From Hydrurus foetidus (Eukaryota): DNA of 36,088 nt. This document shows positions 11,142 to 25,969 of the stretch, one piece after another. The translations under genes and the position numbers were made by a program. Position 1 is the first letter of the stretch, and the number at the start of each line of letters is the position of its first letter. The DNA lies in NCBI GenBank assembly GCA_900617105.1, contig UYFQ01000362.1, forward strand, positions 1 to 36,088, given 5' to 3'. The notes beneath the pieces were generated by a model. It did no database searches. It was not told where the DNA came from and was given only the letters and a program-made list of their open reading frames with translations.

Positions 11142-12179
11142 TATGCCGTCATCGATAATAGTACAGCATTAAGACTGTCAGAATCATGGTTGACTTAGTT
11201 CTATTAGGGATTGGATTGTTTTTATTAATTGATACACACGTGCACGAATATCAAATTTGTACTTTCCCCGAATCGTGACACTACCCCCTATGATATGCCT
11301 ACGAATTATTTAATTAGAAAAGAGAAAACTAACGAAAATTTCCCAAATAATAAATCATTTTGATTTCACAAGATTTTTATTTGGAACTCGGACCTTTTTT
11401 CTTTTTTTGGATATTTGATATTTATCATATGGAGTCCGAGAGAGAAGACAGAACTTCTGAGGTAAAAATTTCTACGTGATGCACAGCTTTCCGACCATGT
11501 CCCCAACATGCCGCTATATAGTATGTACGACTAGATATCGTGTACGTGCTTTCATCAGTGATATTAAGACTCCCAGAAGTATATGATATTGCCGATACAA
11601 TATCATCTCATCGAGTTGAGCCACGAAAGAAAAAAGAGTAAGTTCTATGTCATTTTATATTATTAATCATTCTGTATGTCCATATTGATCATTTGAATTT
11701 AAGCCACTATATGAATTTTGCATTAATTATTGCTACAAAATTATCGTTAATCAATAAATTAGTTGGTATTCTGAATTTAACAATCATTCATCTATCGGCA
11801 ACTGCTCTCTAAAAAATTGTTTGTTACTTCATATATTACAAGATCGGATAGGCCTATGAGTGCGAACCATATAAACTCGCTCCACTATAAACGACTTCAG
11901 TTCGGTTTAATTGACTACTGTTTGAAGATTTTGTCAACCCATATTATCAATGTCATACAGTGTATTAATCACAACAGGCGCGATCAACTGCTTTCTGCTC
12001 AGTTCACAACAGAAATATGGAAGGCATCGCATTGCATCGCATATAAACAAAAGTAAGACACTTCTCATCAAATTGTGGCTATCGTAAAATCGCAATTTGA
12101 TTCGTTTCTTCGTCATCGGACTACGGCATAACATCACGTAATATCACAGAGTGACGTATGTTCTGTTCTGTTTTATCGA

Positions 12180-14800
12180 TTAGAAGAATCCAGCTCGTCT
12201 CAGAGGACATCCAGCAGGAATATCCCTAGGAATTTTTCTCGCCGCCATGAAGTTATCTATCAAACTCTTCAGTGCTCCCACTCTCGTTGCCACTACTGAT
12301 GGAGGGGGTGCGTTGGAGTTAGAGGAGGCCATCGCGTAGGCCGGGACCGGTTGGGTCCCCACAGGTTCACTGAAGATGGTGTTGAACTTTCTCCCAGGCG
12401 CGAAGAGAAGCACAGCAAAAAACAATCCAGCAACAGCTACTCCGCCTTTTGCTCGTTTTCTCTCATTCGCTGGTCTCGACTGCATCGCCTGTTGTTGCAT
12501 TTGGCGCGGTGGTGGTCGATGTTGTTGGGGTGGCATAAAGGTGCTTTTTGATGGTGCTGTTCCTGATCCTTTCTGCCACTTTTTAAGTTGGCTTTTAGGT
12601 GGTGGCGGGCCAGTGCTTGGACTGCTTGTGTCGGAATTCACAAACAGCATTTGAAAACATTGACTACGAAAGAATTTAAAGAATGAGAAAAACAGAGAAT
12701 AGAGAGAATTGCATCCAGTTGTGATTCCCTTGAAACCTCCGCCAACCATATTAAATGTGCCAAAAATCGCAAGTAAACAAGAGCTGACAACGTTTTTATA
12801 TGTTTTAAAAATCGATTGCATGGCAAATGTGAACGCATTCGATGAATTGTGATAGGTGCTGGTAGCACCAAAGCTCAAGAGGGTAGCTAGAGATCCGCAC
12901 CCACTCACGAACATTCCGCATGGAGATGCCAAGCCAGAACTGAATATGTCGTACAAAAAAGAAGACGATTTAAATACCGTTGAGAGACACTCTGTTGGAA
13001 CAGACCTCAAAAATTGGAATGCGGAAATGAAAAATAGCCGAAAGTGATTTGAAGACCCAGTAACCGAGTAAAATCCGAAACGGAATACTGCATTGAAGAA
13101 ATTCGACAATATGACCGATGATTTCGATGCGGAAGAAAAGAGGCTCTTCACAGCAGATGCGGAATAAGTTGTAACTGCTGACCCTCCCGTGTACACACCA
13201 ACGACTGAGTTTTTCAATCCCTGACCAACGATAGATCCAACACCGGTGACACCTAAAATAGGATCATGATAATATTGTCAAAAACAGGAAAAAAGAAAAC
13301 GTATTTTCGTCAAATACAGTGATGTTACGAAATCAGAATGGCGCAACAGAACACTTCATGAAGAAAAGTGAAGCATTTTTGATATCAGTAATCACCCTCA
13401 CCTGATGCAAGCATTCCAAATGGAGACGACAATCCTGCGTAGAATATGTCAAACAAGAACTGAGCCGATGCTGCGAGTACCAGGAAAGAAAACTTCGGAA
13501 AATTCAGCACACCGTCAAAAAGAGCCTGACCACCCCATAGAAAATTCCTAAACCCTGCGAGAGAGTAAAAGGAAATGGCTGCTGCCAAGCTCTGCATGAA
13601 TAGACCAGATGACAGGAAGACCGTTTTGGACCCCCCAGTAATCCCACCGAAAAGTGCTCCTAACAGTGAAATGGAATTGCCACCAAGACCGGCAACAAAT
13701 GAGACTGACGATACAGCAGCTACTTGAATACCAGTGAGAGCAGCAGTTGTGCCAAAGCCGAGAGTTTTCAAAGAAAATAACAACCCCGATAAAAGCATAC
13801 TAAGAGGTGACGCTAATCCAGAGCTGAATATGTCATACAAAAACTGCAAAGAGGCAGTGAATCCGGAGAATGTTCCTTGTAAACCAAGACCAAATGCATT
13901 CGCCATAAATATAAAACCGGATATCAGCATACTAAATGGGGACGCTAGACCTGCACTAAAAATGTTGTAGAGGAATTCCAAAGATGATATTACTCCAGAG
14001 AAAGCATTCTGTAAGCCCATCCCGAGAGCTGTGGCGAGGAATCCAAGTCCAGATAAAAGCATACTAAAAGGTGACGCCAGTCCGGAGCTAAATATATTAT
14101 ACAAGAACTGCAAAGAAGCTGTAAGGAAGGAGAAGACTCCAAAGGTGCCGCTTCCAACAGCCGTAAGTGAGTGTCGGAGAAACGATCCTGTAGCGCGTGG
14201 CAGAGCCACAATTTGCGCCCCAACAACATCAACGACTAAGTACTTCAGACCGCCAACAACTGAAAGGGGTCCAGTGCGAATCAGAAGAGCGATTAATGCT
14301 GCTATTGCGCTGACGACAATTATCTTATTTGTATACCGCGCAATTCCTCCCGCAGCTATGAAATCATCGTAGTGACCCTCATATGAAACTGTGTTAAAGT
14401 AATGAATGTCTGGTATCTTCTGGGTAGCGTACACTTTCCAGTTTGTGTTCGAATATACCTCCAAAGCGAGGTTGTTGGCACCAGTTCGTAGTTGTGCTTT
14501 GTCTTCATGGAAGCTGCACGGGAATGAGCCCGCCTCCACATGATCAAAGAGTCTCGTTTCACAAAGAGTAATGTTGTTGTTCTTGTTAAACACCCGCAAG
14601 TAAAGATCATCTCTCATAGGGAATTCTTTCGCTGAAGAGAGGTCCACATTTAACTTCATGGAGTCGCCTCCTGATAGAACATTTCTGCTCTGCTCGTGCA
14701 GATCCAAAATCTTCTCCAGGAATTTGCGGGGTTGCAAAAATTGACATGAGCAGAGTGTTGCGTAGCATAGTGATAATAGGAAAATCTTCGAATTTGGCAT
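12180..14800 (-). CDS. Unknown 823-aa predicted membrane/secretory protein with internal 44-aa repeats
   Basis: Exons 14800-13402 and 13252-12180 joined in frame by a 149-nt GT-AG intron. Signal-peptide-like N-terminus, hydrophobic segment IIVVSAIAALIALLI, five copies of FL(Y/F)(D/N)IF(S/Y)(S/A)GL(A/S)SP, a P/Q-rich linker, and a second hydrophobic segment GGVAVAGLFFAVLLFAP. Confidence 0.8.
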
Positions 14801-16306
14801 CGTTTGCTCCGTTAATGTAGGGTGATTAAATAGTTTCGTCCTTAAAGGCTTCGACGTCCAGGATGTTGAAGTGAAATCTTTCAGATAGTTACTCTTGCGG
14901 ATATTGCATGCATCTGGATCGCAGCAATCGAAGAATATTATTGCTCACAACTGAGGATTACCTACGAGGAGCGCTATCTCGAAGTCACTGTCCGCAATAA
15001 AATTCGAATTGCAGAGGCTTCAAAAATCAAATCGAATCCAGGCTGTCAACGTTGTTGGAAGAAGTTGAAATAGAGTTGGCAGGTGATCTCGTCCCCAGGG
15101 GACAACAGAAATTGCAACGGACGTAATTTTGAATTTTGAAAAAGCTCACGAAGATCAAATAATATCTACAGAAATGCTGTTATTATTTTATGAATGATAT
15201 CATCATAGCCTTTGAACGTCTGAAGCACTATCAAACGATCTCGTCGAATCTTCGTATATCGACAATTCAAAAATGCTGAAAGTAAATTCAGTTAGACGGT
15301 GCAGGAACAGTAAAAAATAAAAGACCTTTCGTGTGGATTATTTAAACCTCGCACTTTATTCATATATATTTTTCTGCTCGCGTTCCTCTCTTTTTCTTTT
15401 CCTGTAGAACAGATTGAGTAGGCCTAACGTTTACACCTGCCTTATCTACAAGCCATCGAAACAACTGTCGGTGCAGTATGCATAAAGACAACTTAACTTA
15501 TTTTAACTTGCCAACTAGAAATGGACATGGTGGAGTCTTACACTTTGTTGCCGATGTTACGTGACCTGCCGAAACCATCTATCAAGAGAGTTAAATTCAA
15601 CAATTCTTGTGATAGGGTAAGTGAACTGACATGTATGGCTGATGGCCGCAGTTCATGTATTATGTTGACAAACATGCGGACGATGCTGGTATCAAGAAAC
15701 AGGTGACAATAATGTTCTCCCGCCACAATATTTTATGGTGACATCATGATAGTGATCTAAGTGATCGCTTGATAGGGATGTATACGTGGAATTATAGGTT
15801 CATCTGTGCATTCGAGCAGTGTCTGTCAGCGTGTCTCGACGCAGACGCCACGGGCAGTCCACTTATCGTTTCGTGGGATAGAAGCTAGTTGGAGGAAGTG
15901 AGGCCTTGCGTCATAATAATGTTGCATTGATTTTCCTAACTCCCCGTCGAAATTCTACGCAGGCAATGGCGGAAAGTCAATCAAAATTTAGGTTGTATAT
16001 GTCACTGATGGATTAATTACGTTGTGACAGGAACTTCAAATAGTTGGGAGGACGGGTCGACTGCTTCTTGCAGAGGAGGTCCCTGCAGCTATGAGAAAAA
16101 CTGTGTGACACGACAAAACAGCTAAATACACTGTAGACTCATCCGACGTTATGCCAAACTCTACTGTCCCGCTTCGATGGTAACCGGTAGGATGCTGGTA
16201 AGTGGCGCTAATATGAGACTGATGACAGGTCCACGCAGATTAACAGGCGACGCGGAGGCGATGTGACATACAGCCCTGGGTGAGACACGCGGCGTTGGTT
16301 AGGCGC

Positions 16307-17855
<1,549 letters not shown>

Positions 17856-18333
17856 TTTCAAGTTGGTATTGTATCTCGAAAATTGTGCCAGATTGGGAGC
17901 GACAACCTTGGTACGTTTGGATTCGAAAATCGATGGGTCCTCAAAACCACATACGTTCCAAAAATTAAAACAGTGACACGACACAAATATCCTTCGAGAA
18001 GGAGAATGCCGGAATGCGAGTTACGGAAGCTGGGAGACTAATCTTTGGCTTTCATGACCGACTTAATATTGAGAATATCATACCATATTTTCGTACCAAA
18101 ATTCGGTACAGAAGTCGACAATATTGGTTGTACAGTATCGAGTATCGATACTGTCTTACTTTTAACTTTGAACTTGTACTTGATTTTGATGACATCCGTC
18201 TTTGTCTGAAATGAATGTCAGTGATTTGGAACAACTGTGGAGAGTGAAAGCTACCGAAACTTCGTGGACATACTTCATGAGCAATTTGCGAGAATTGCGA
18301 TCCCTCTTTTACAGTTAGCGATTTACTTCAACC
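17856..18333. promoter_or_regulatory. Short head-to-head intergenic region (candidate bidirectional promoter) between AHCY and MIOS
   Basis: 478 bp between divergent start codons; contains a perfect 10-bp inverted repeat at 18132-18154. Promoter function is inferred from position only. Confidence 0.5.
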
Positions 18334-21300
18334 ATGCAAAACCGGATCATTGAGTGGTATCAAGATGACCAATTTGCATCTGCAAATTTGAATCGGGTTG
18401 ACTTGTTTGAAATAAAGGGTAAGAGATCCCTCCTCTTGAAAAGCACTTTTGAGCTGTCCTCTCAAGTATCATGCATAAGCTGTAATGCTACGCGGGGAGT
18501 TGTGGCCGCTGGACAACAATCTGGAAATATTTCATTTTTGCACAGTGAAACAACTTCTGGGGTAAGACGTCTATTCCTAAATCTTCCAAAGAACAAGAAG
18601 TTATTGTGCTAACTTCAGAAAGTAATTCTGGTAGGCGGTCGTCTACGATTCAGGCGCTGCCAGAAGAGCCTGTACAGCAATTTCTTGGAACAAGCAGAAC
18701 TGCAGCCAGCTAGCTGCAGGTTTCGAAAAATCTCGCAGGTCAGCTCTTTTCATTATAAGTGATCGCAACAGTCTGCAGTATTTTACCGCATATTTCTCAC
18801 TTAAATGTATCATTTCATCTTTTCTACATTGAAACAGCCAAGGAGAATTCTGTGCAGTTGTCTGGGATGTCGAGGGTGGAAGCCATCCTACTGACAAGGT
18901 TCTTTTCCGTCCAACATCCGATGAACCAACAGCATCAATATGTTGGCTTGATGCGCATGTTCTTGTTGTCGGAACATCAATCAGCTGGGTGCGGCTGTAT
19001 GATGTGAGAGTAAGTGGTGGACAGCAGGGCAGTGAGATAATGTCTATCATGGCACATGCTGCGACTAGACCTCGTAAAGTAAAGGGAATTCGATGCGATT
19101 CACTGCAGCAGCATATAGTGGCTACTTTCAGTGACAGTCCTGGTGAGCCCATTAAGATCTGGGATCTTAGGAAAGCTGGCGTCACAGCGAAACCCAAGTT
19201 GATGATTGTTCAGTCACACGTAGCAGCGGTAGTTGACGTGGCTTGGTCCTCTGCAAGAGCTGGTGAGTATTCATATTCTTATGATTGTGTATCTGTATCT
19301 TTATTGATCAGTGTACAGTAGATGTACTAATTTCTTAAATGTTTTTTCTTTGAGCTCAATAGTTGCACTCCATTGCACTGAACATCAAGTCGCGCATGTG
19401 TCTCATTTGTGCACTCCCACTTGATATACAACTAGGTGTGCTTGTTGTGGCGACAAATCAAAGTCGTCATGTGAACTTCTACTCTACTGTGAAGCCTGTG
19501 ACGGAGCTGGTGTCACGCACTCCCTTCCACACGATAACCGTAGCAGATCCGGTAAAATCTCTGACTTGGAAAGTAGGATCGGTTCCCCCAGCAATCAATT
19601 TGATTCCAGGAGTCCACGGATCGGGGGAGAGCAAGTCGTCGAATATGAATATGAATACAAACATGAACATGAGCAGCAGCGTGGACAACATTATTCCTAA
19701 TATGGGTGGTAGCTCGAGTTTCATTAACGACAACAAGGACAGAGATTTCTTGAGATCTAACCGGCTATTAGTAGCGACAACTTCTGGATTCGCTGATTTA
19801 GACGTTATAGAATCTGTGGGTCTAGGTCTGGGAGCAGGAGGGTGTGTGGCAGTCGGATCCGGAAGACATGTGCATATAATCCACCCCACTAAAAGTGACA
19901 ATAAGCCAAGTGACCACACCTCAAGATCTATACGAAATGTGGGAGTAGAAGCGATCAGCGGCATAGATTCTGATAGGAACGTAATGGGAAGTAGTGCGTC
20001 AGGGCTGTTTTCTGATATTGAGATATTGATGGGTTCGAGGTGTAGTAAGGGGTACTCAATCGATGCGGGAAGGAACTTACAAGTAATGTCAGACGAATTA
20101 GACAGCATTGAATGCGCAAGAGAGAGAGATCAAATAAACGGAAATGCTAGGATAGTGGATCCACACATTCCGACAACTCATCAATTTAATACCAGTGACA
20201 AAACATCTAGTTCAATAGCTGCGTCAACTATTGAAAAGTCGTCATCATCGAATGACCTATTAAATTCCGTGCCATCAAGAGACACTATGGACCCTAGACC
20301 CATGGATTCCGCATCCCAGCAGGAGATGCCATCTATGCAGGCACAAGTGTTGTCCTTGACGAGACTGTGGGCGTGGGTAGACAGAGTGGAGAGTCTGGGG
20401 AATGAAGGGCTGTCCGTTACGAGTTGTGGTGTGATTAATCTGCTGACGTCATCTTCTAATGCAACGCACAGTAGCGTGCATGCGCAGTTGGGTGTGTCTG
20501 TGTATTCTAGTGAAAGCAGAGATCTGGCGAAAGAGTTGTGTGGGTGGACGAAGATGCCCTCTGTCAGTGATGCTGCAGTGGTGCTATGCACTCAAATTAC
20601 AGGTATGCATCGACTGTCATCTTATGTTATCTTGATGCTATTATGAGGAGTGTTATCATGCGTGTAGATTGAAACCTTTCAACACTTCTGCATGATTCTT
20701 AGCATTGTTCTATGTAAGATTCCATTGCACTTTCTTTAATCGCCAGAATATCTTATCAGCTTGAAGTACACGATAATTGACGTGGTGATGAAAGTGCAGT
20801 CAGCTGTACTGCATCTCAAGGAGCTCTGTGACATACCTCATTATGCCCTGTGACCGCTATCAATAATTAAATTATTCTTTGCTGAAAAATGTGAAAAATT
20901 TCTGTTGGACTGATTTTTAATGAGAAATCCCCTTTGATTTTACTCTGAATTCTCATTTTTCTCCTTTTTTCATGCAGAAAAAGTGAAGAGTGTAGATAAA
21001 ATGAAAAACAAGATCATGATTGGCAGCTCCGAGACTTCGAAAGGATTCTTAGGGGGGAGCAAAGGCCACAGCGTGGACGGAGACAACAACCAAGAGGCAT
21101 TCACTGAAAGTGTGACACAAAAAGGAAAAAGTCGAGGTAAGAAAAGCGTCGCGTCGCGCAGCACTTCTTCAGTCGGATTCGAACCTCGGACCGAATTAGA
21201 AGAAATGGTGGCTGAGTGCGAGGAAGGGGACTCGTTCGGAAGGGCGGCATCCATCGCACTGTTCCACGGAGACTTGACCCTTGCTGTGTGTGTGCTGCAA

Positions 21301-24078
21301 AAACACATACCGGGATCTCTAACCGAGGCTACTATGCGGTCCGCTCCATCCCCGTCCATCAGAGACACTGTGGGAGTGAATGATGCGTATGATGATGAGA
21401 GCGAAGAAGGGAGAGAAGGCGATGCAGTGGAGAGTGCAGCACTGACCATGACTGACAACTCCCCACCCGCCAGTCTGGAATTAGATCCAGAGTTCGCCCA
21501 GTTGATATCTCTCACTGCCATGTGCATCGCTGGATACTCAAACAGCAGCAACGGTAACAGCAATAGCAGCGGTAGTAATAGTGGGGGTGGATCCGGGACT
21601 GTGTCACCTCTCACATCCCAACAGGTGATGTGGGTGTCCATGTGTCGACATGTCGTGGCTCAGCTGGAGGCACAGTCAGTGAAGCAGATTAATAAGAGTC
21701 ACTCTTCCTCCTCGTCCTCCTCTTCTTCTTCTTGTTGTTATCTCGCCTCTGCATTGAGATTCCTGCTGGATGCGCTGCACTTCTCCAAGGAGGAAGAAAC
21801 AGCCGCCAAAAATAGCACAGTCTCACTGTCAGGGGCGGGGGCAGGGATGGGGGGTAAGAAAGAAGGGAACTGTCCCGTGAAATACGGCTGCATTGTAAAT
21901 GATGACAGATTGTCCCTTGAAGACAGAGTGGCGTTCGCGTGTACGTACTTAGACGACCACCAGACGTTGCAGTGGTTAAGAGGTGTGAGGGATGACTGCA
22001 CTAGAGGGGGGGACTTAGGGGGGTTGGTTGTAACCGGGTTAGCAGGAGAAGGCGTGGATCTACTGCAGCAGTATCTGGACAGAAACGACGACCTTCAAAC
22101 AGTCGCACTGTTGGTGGGCAGGAGTGTGATAGACAGCGCAGTGAACGAAGCTGCTAGGAGTATCTCCAGTCCGTCTGCTACTAGAAGTACGTCTCAAGTA
22201 CGTACGAAGGAATGGCAGTGGCTCTGGGAATATAGAAACCTCCTCAATAAGATGGAATTGTTTATCGGGAGAGCTTCTTTGGATGTGCAGCTTGGCCGGA
22301 GAAACCGTATGGTCCGGCCATGTCCGATCATTTCCGGTAGTTCCCGTAACCCCGTGTCTGGGATCGGACCGGGAATGGGGCCCCAAGGGAAGCTACGTCA
22401 GTCCCAGCCAGCAGTAGGGGGGGCGGGAAGGGGGGCAGCTATTGACAGAAAGAGCGGGTCCGCTAGATTACTGTACCAATTGCCCCCACACAGCGATCTG
22501 ACGCATGTGTTCTTGAGGTGTAACTACTGCTCCTCTTCCCTTCCCGCTGATCCACTGCAACAGCAACAGGCAGCTTTCTTCAGAAAACAGAAACCTCTTA
22601 TTAACTGCTGTGCGAATTGCAAGAAACCTCTGCCGAGGTGCTACGTGTGTCTGCTCTACATGTCACTCGTCAACCCCACACACGGTAAGAAATGTTGCTA
22701 TCAGATTAAGGACGTGATTAAATCATACTTAGCGTAGCAGCGATTATCACCATTATTAATCGCGAAGTGGTTCTATGTTAAGTTGAATTGAGAAGCAGTT
22801 ATTGTCCAATCTATCAAATCTCAGTGGTGGTATCATCACGCTGTGATGCACTATACTGCCAATATTGTAGAGTACTACACAACACCCTAATACGCTACAT
22901 ACTTCTGCATCACACACCTCTAGAGCTGAACATGATAGATACCGTGTTGCCTTAAAGTACAATATTTCAATAAAATGCACGTACAGATCACCAATCTCAT
23001 GACTACGTGATCTCATATAAGCATCTTCCTAACCTTTTCTTCATCGATCTAAGCTCTCTATGCACTCAGTAAAGAATGGTCAAACGCAGTGATGTGACTG
23101 GTCAAAATTTGATGAAGAATATTCCATCGATTTACAAGACGATCACCTCGTTCAGTTAAAATTCTTAAGCATCTTCCTAACCTGTAACATGTTAATTAAT
23201 TTCAAATTAAGAGTTCAATCGAGCTCTAGTGCAGCGGAGAAAAGGGGCTGACGAACTCGCCCTACTGTCCCAGTCCCAAGGTACGCTTATATAAGTGATA
23301 CAATCAGTGACGTGACACGCAGTAATTCGAATGTTGTGTCTTCTACGATGCCACATTATTCATCAATGCGTGTATATTTGTCAGCAGCGATTGATATCAC
23401 GTGTACATCACTAGCCCCCGCATACTTTCAATTTTAACATATTACACGATGGCCATCAGAACACCTGCATTGCCACTCTAGCGCTTTGCAAATTTCAATA
23501 CTATCTTGGATATTAATGTATTTTGACTGCACTGATTTAAATTTCACTTTGCAAGAGTTACACAATTATTTTTCTACACTTCTATAGTTTTTAAATCTTT
23601 TGATAGTTATTTTTCTTCCTGTTCGTTTCAGGAGCAAGAACGATTTCAAGCTCTGACGCAGGAACCGGAACCGCAGTAGGTGCAGATTTCAGATTATTTG
23701 AATTGTTTTCAAGATACATGTTTTTTGAGGAAGTGCAACATTGCAAACAGATTTCCCTTTTTCCCTTATTATTTCTGCTAATTGCGTTTCATGAACATTA
23801 TCTCATGTTTTCAATGACACCTCCCTTTTCTATTCGTTTCGGTAGTGGGGTTGGGGTTGGGGTCTGGGTCGGGAGGAACGGGTCATTCCGAAGAGACCCC
23901 CCACAACGTACTTGCATTCGGTCAGTGGTTTTTCTTCTGCCAGCACTGCAAACACGGAGGCCACGCAGCGTGCATCGATGATTGGTTTGAGGGGGAAGGA
24001 AGGGACAACCGGATGTCGAAAGGAAGGGAGGTGTGTGGGGTCAATGGCTGTAACTGTCGCTGTCGATCACTTAAATGA
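18334..24078 (+). CDS. MIOS: GATOR2/SEA complex subunit MIOS (Sea4): WD40, alpha-solenoid, zinc ribbon and RING
   Basis: Exons 18334-18561, 18635-18738, 18838-19262, 19436-20602, 20978-22684, 23212-23280, 23632-23679 and 23846-24078 splice in frame. Motifs RACTAISWN..QLAAGFEK, RAASIALFHGDL, LEDRVAFACTYL, LVVTGL..GVDLLQQYLDRNDDLQTVAL, RCNYC..CANCKKPLPRCYVC and WFFFCQHCKHGGHAACIDDWF..CGVNGCNCRC. Confidence 0.93.
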
Positions 24079-24510
24079 AATGTAGAGTGAGAGAGTTGTA
24101 TTGCAGATGTATGAGGTATGTGAACTCTTTCATTGAAGAAAACAAGAAGTAAAGTAGAATTGGAAAGAGGGAACGGATGGACGAGAAACATGACATGACA
24201 GCTCTAGATTCAGCCAAATCCAAAAAGGGTATGTTCTATTCGATGGATCAAACAAAAGGGGTTTTAGCCATCCCCGCTTTGATGCCCGAAAGGACTCTAT
24301 CCTACGGACGGACCCTGGACACTGGATCCATGACTGGAATCCAGGGCACATGTACGTACTCATGCGTACATCCCATGGTGTATCGCATCGATGCAGTGCT
24401 CTATTTGGCGTACTTTATTAAGAGTTCAGTACTATACGCTCTAACAAAACTCGCGGAGTGGAGTGAGAAGAAACTTGTTGGTACGTGTGCCGTACAGCCA
24501 TTCGTATAAA

Positions 24511-24573
24511 CAGTACAGTACTGTACAGTACAGTACAGTACAGTACAGTACAGTACAGTACAGTACAGTACAG
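24511..24573. repeat. (CAGTA)n pentanucleotide microsatellite, ~12 units, one CTGTA variant
   Basis: Direct reading. Confidence 0.95.
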
Positions 24574-25052
24574 GGGCTACTAAATCTGCGATGTACGTGC
24601 TGATCTGTGCGTACAGTCGACCACAGAGCTGGACCTAGAACTGCAACATGATAAATCCCAGACTGTGAGACACAAGAGCTGTACCGTACTGCTCTTGAAG
24701 ATGTTCGTTCTATGCAATACGATAATATTGCTCCTCACAACACAGAAGAGAACAGATCAGATCAGATCAGATCACATGATGTGGGATGGAACGAAATTGA
24801 AGAGTCTCATCACAGAACAGGAGAACATGACAGAACGTAACAGAACGAGACGAGAGAGGCGCAATAGGAACGGAAAGCACAGATATAGATTTCATCCCCT
24901 CTGGTGATATGTCATGACATGGCAGGAATGAACAGGGTATGACGGGACTCTGGTAAAACAAAATATGTTCCTTGACTGATCGGTAGATGGGATGGAATGG
25001 AATGGAACGAAATAGTTTGCGCGATTGAGACCACTCTTAATTCAGTCCCCTT

Positions 25053-25179
25053 CTACTCTACCCTACCCTACTCTACCCTTCTCTACTCTACTCTGCTCTA
25101 CTCTACCCTTCTCTACTCTACCCTGCTCTACTCTACTCTGCTCTACTCTACCCTTCTCTACTCTTCTCTACTCTACTCT
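25053..25179. repeat. (CTCTA)n degenerate pentanucleotide microsatellite with ~30-bp higher-order pattern
   Basis: Direct reading; CCCTT and CTCTG/CCCTG variants recur at 30-bp spacing. Confidence 0.95.
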
Positions 25180-25969
25180 CGTGTGGAATCCATTTCTTAA
25201 AGATCGTCACTATGCTACCTCCTGCGTCATGTATGACCAGAAGGTTATAATTGTGCGAGTAAGACTAAATTAAAGTTTGTTCTTCTTGAAAAGGTCCACG
25301 CCGTGTCAATGGTGACGAGTTGTCACGATGTGCTGAGCCACTCCGCGACATATTCAGGTCAACAAGGAGGCGGATAAAAGACACTTCCCTCGGATATCAG
25401 TGTGATGTTAATAGTGCTGCATGGTTAAGAAGAGGTATGATGGTGACGTTTCAACTATTCAGTGCATTAAACGTCTCGGACAAGTGAGTCACGAAGGAAC
25501 GATTCCTAGTTCTCATTCTTCGTCTGCTGAAGAAGATTCAACCGACACAATTTGAGTTATTGTATGCGCATGAACTAGCTTAAAGTCAACAAGAAGCGTT
25601 ACACTATGTCATTATATTCCATCATGGTATCCCTTGATGGTATCGCTACTCGACGCTTGACACTCAACGGTGCTGTGTACCGTACGGTACAGTATAGGGA
25701 GTGAGTGGGGTCCCCGGTCCCAGGTCCCCCGCCCGAACCTCTCGGAACCTTTTTCTGTCCAGAGATATTTCCAACGGCTACTTTTTATAAATCACATGCA
25801 TGCGACTTGCCATACCGACCCGACCGTACTCACAACTTCGGTCTTAATCGCAGATCACCCTCGCCAATCGCCAACGTCCCTAACGGAGTAGTCAATTCAG
25901 AAGTCTTCATTGGCGGAGTTGGATTCGTTACGAGACAGTCCAGAATAAAGGCGGACGGAAATCCTTTAG

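Noticed and set aside
15950..16306. Riboswitch or structured RNA in the AHCY 3' region
   Set aside because: No recognisable TPP, SAM or SAH consensus by eye; an Infernal/Rfam scan would be needed.
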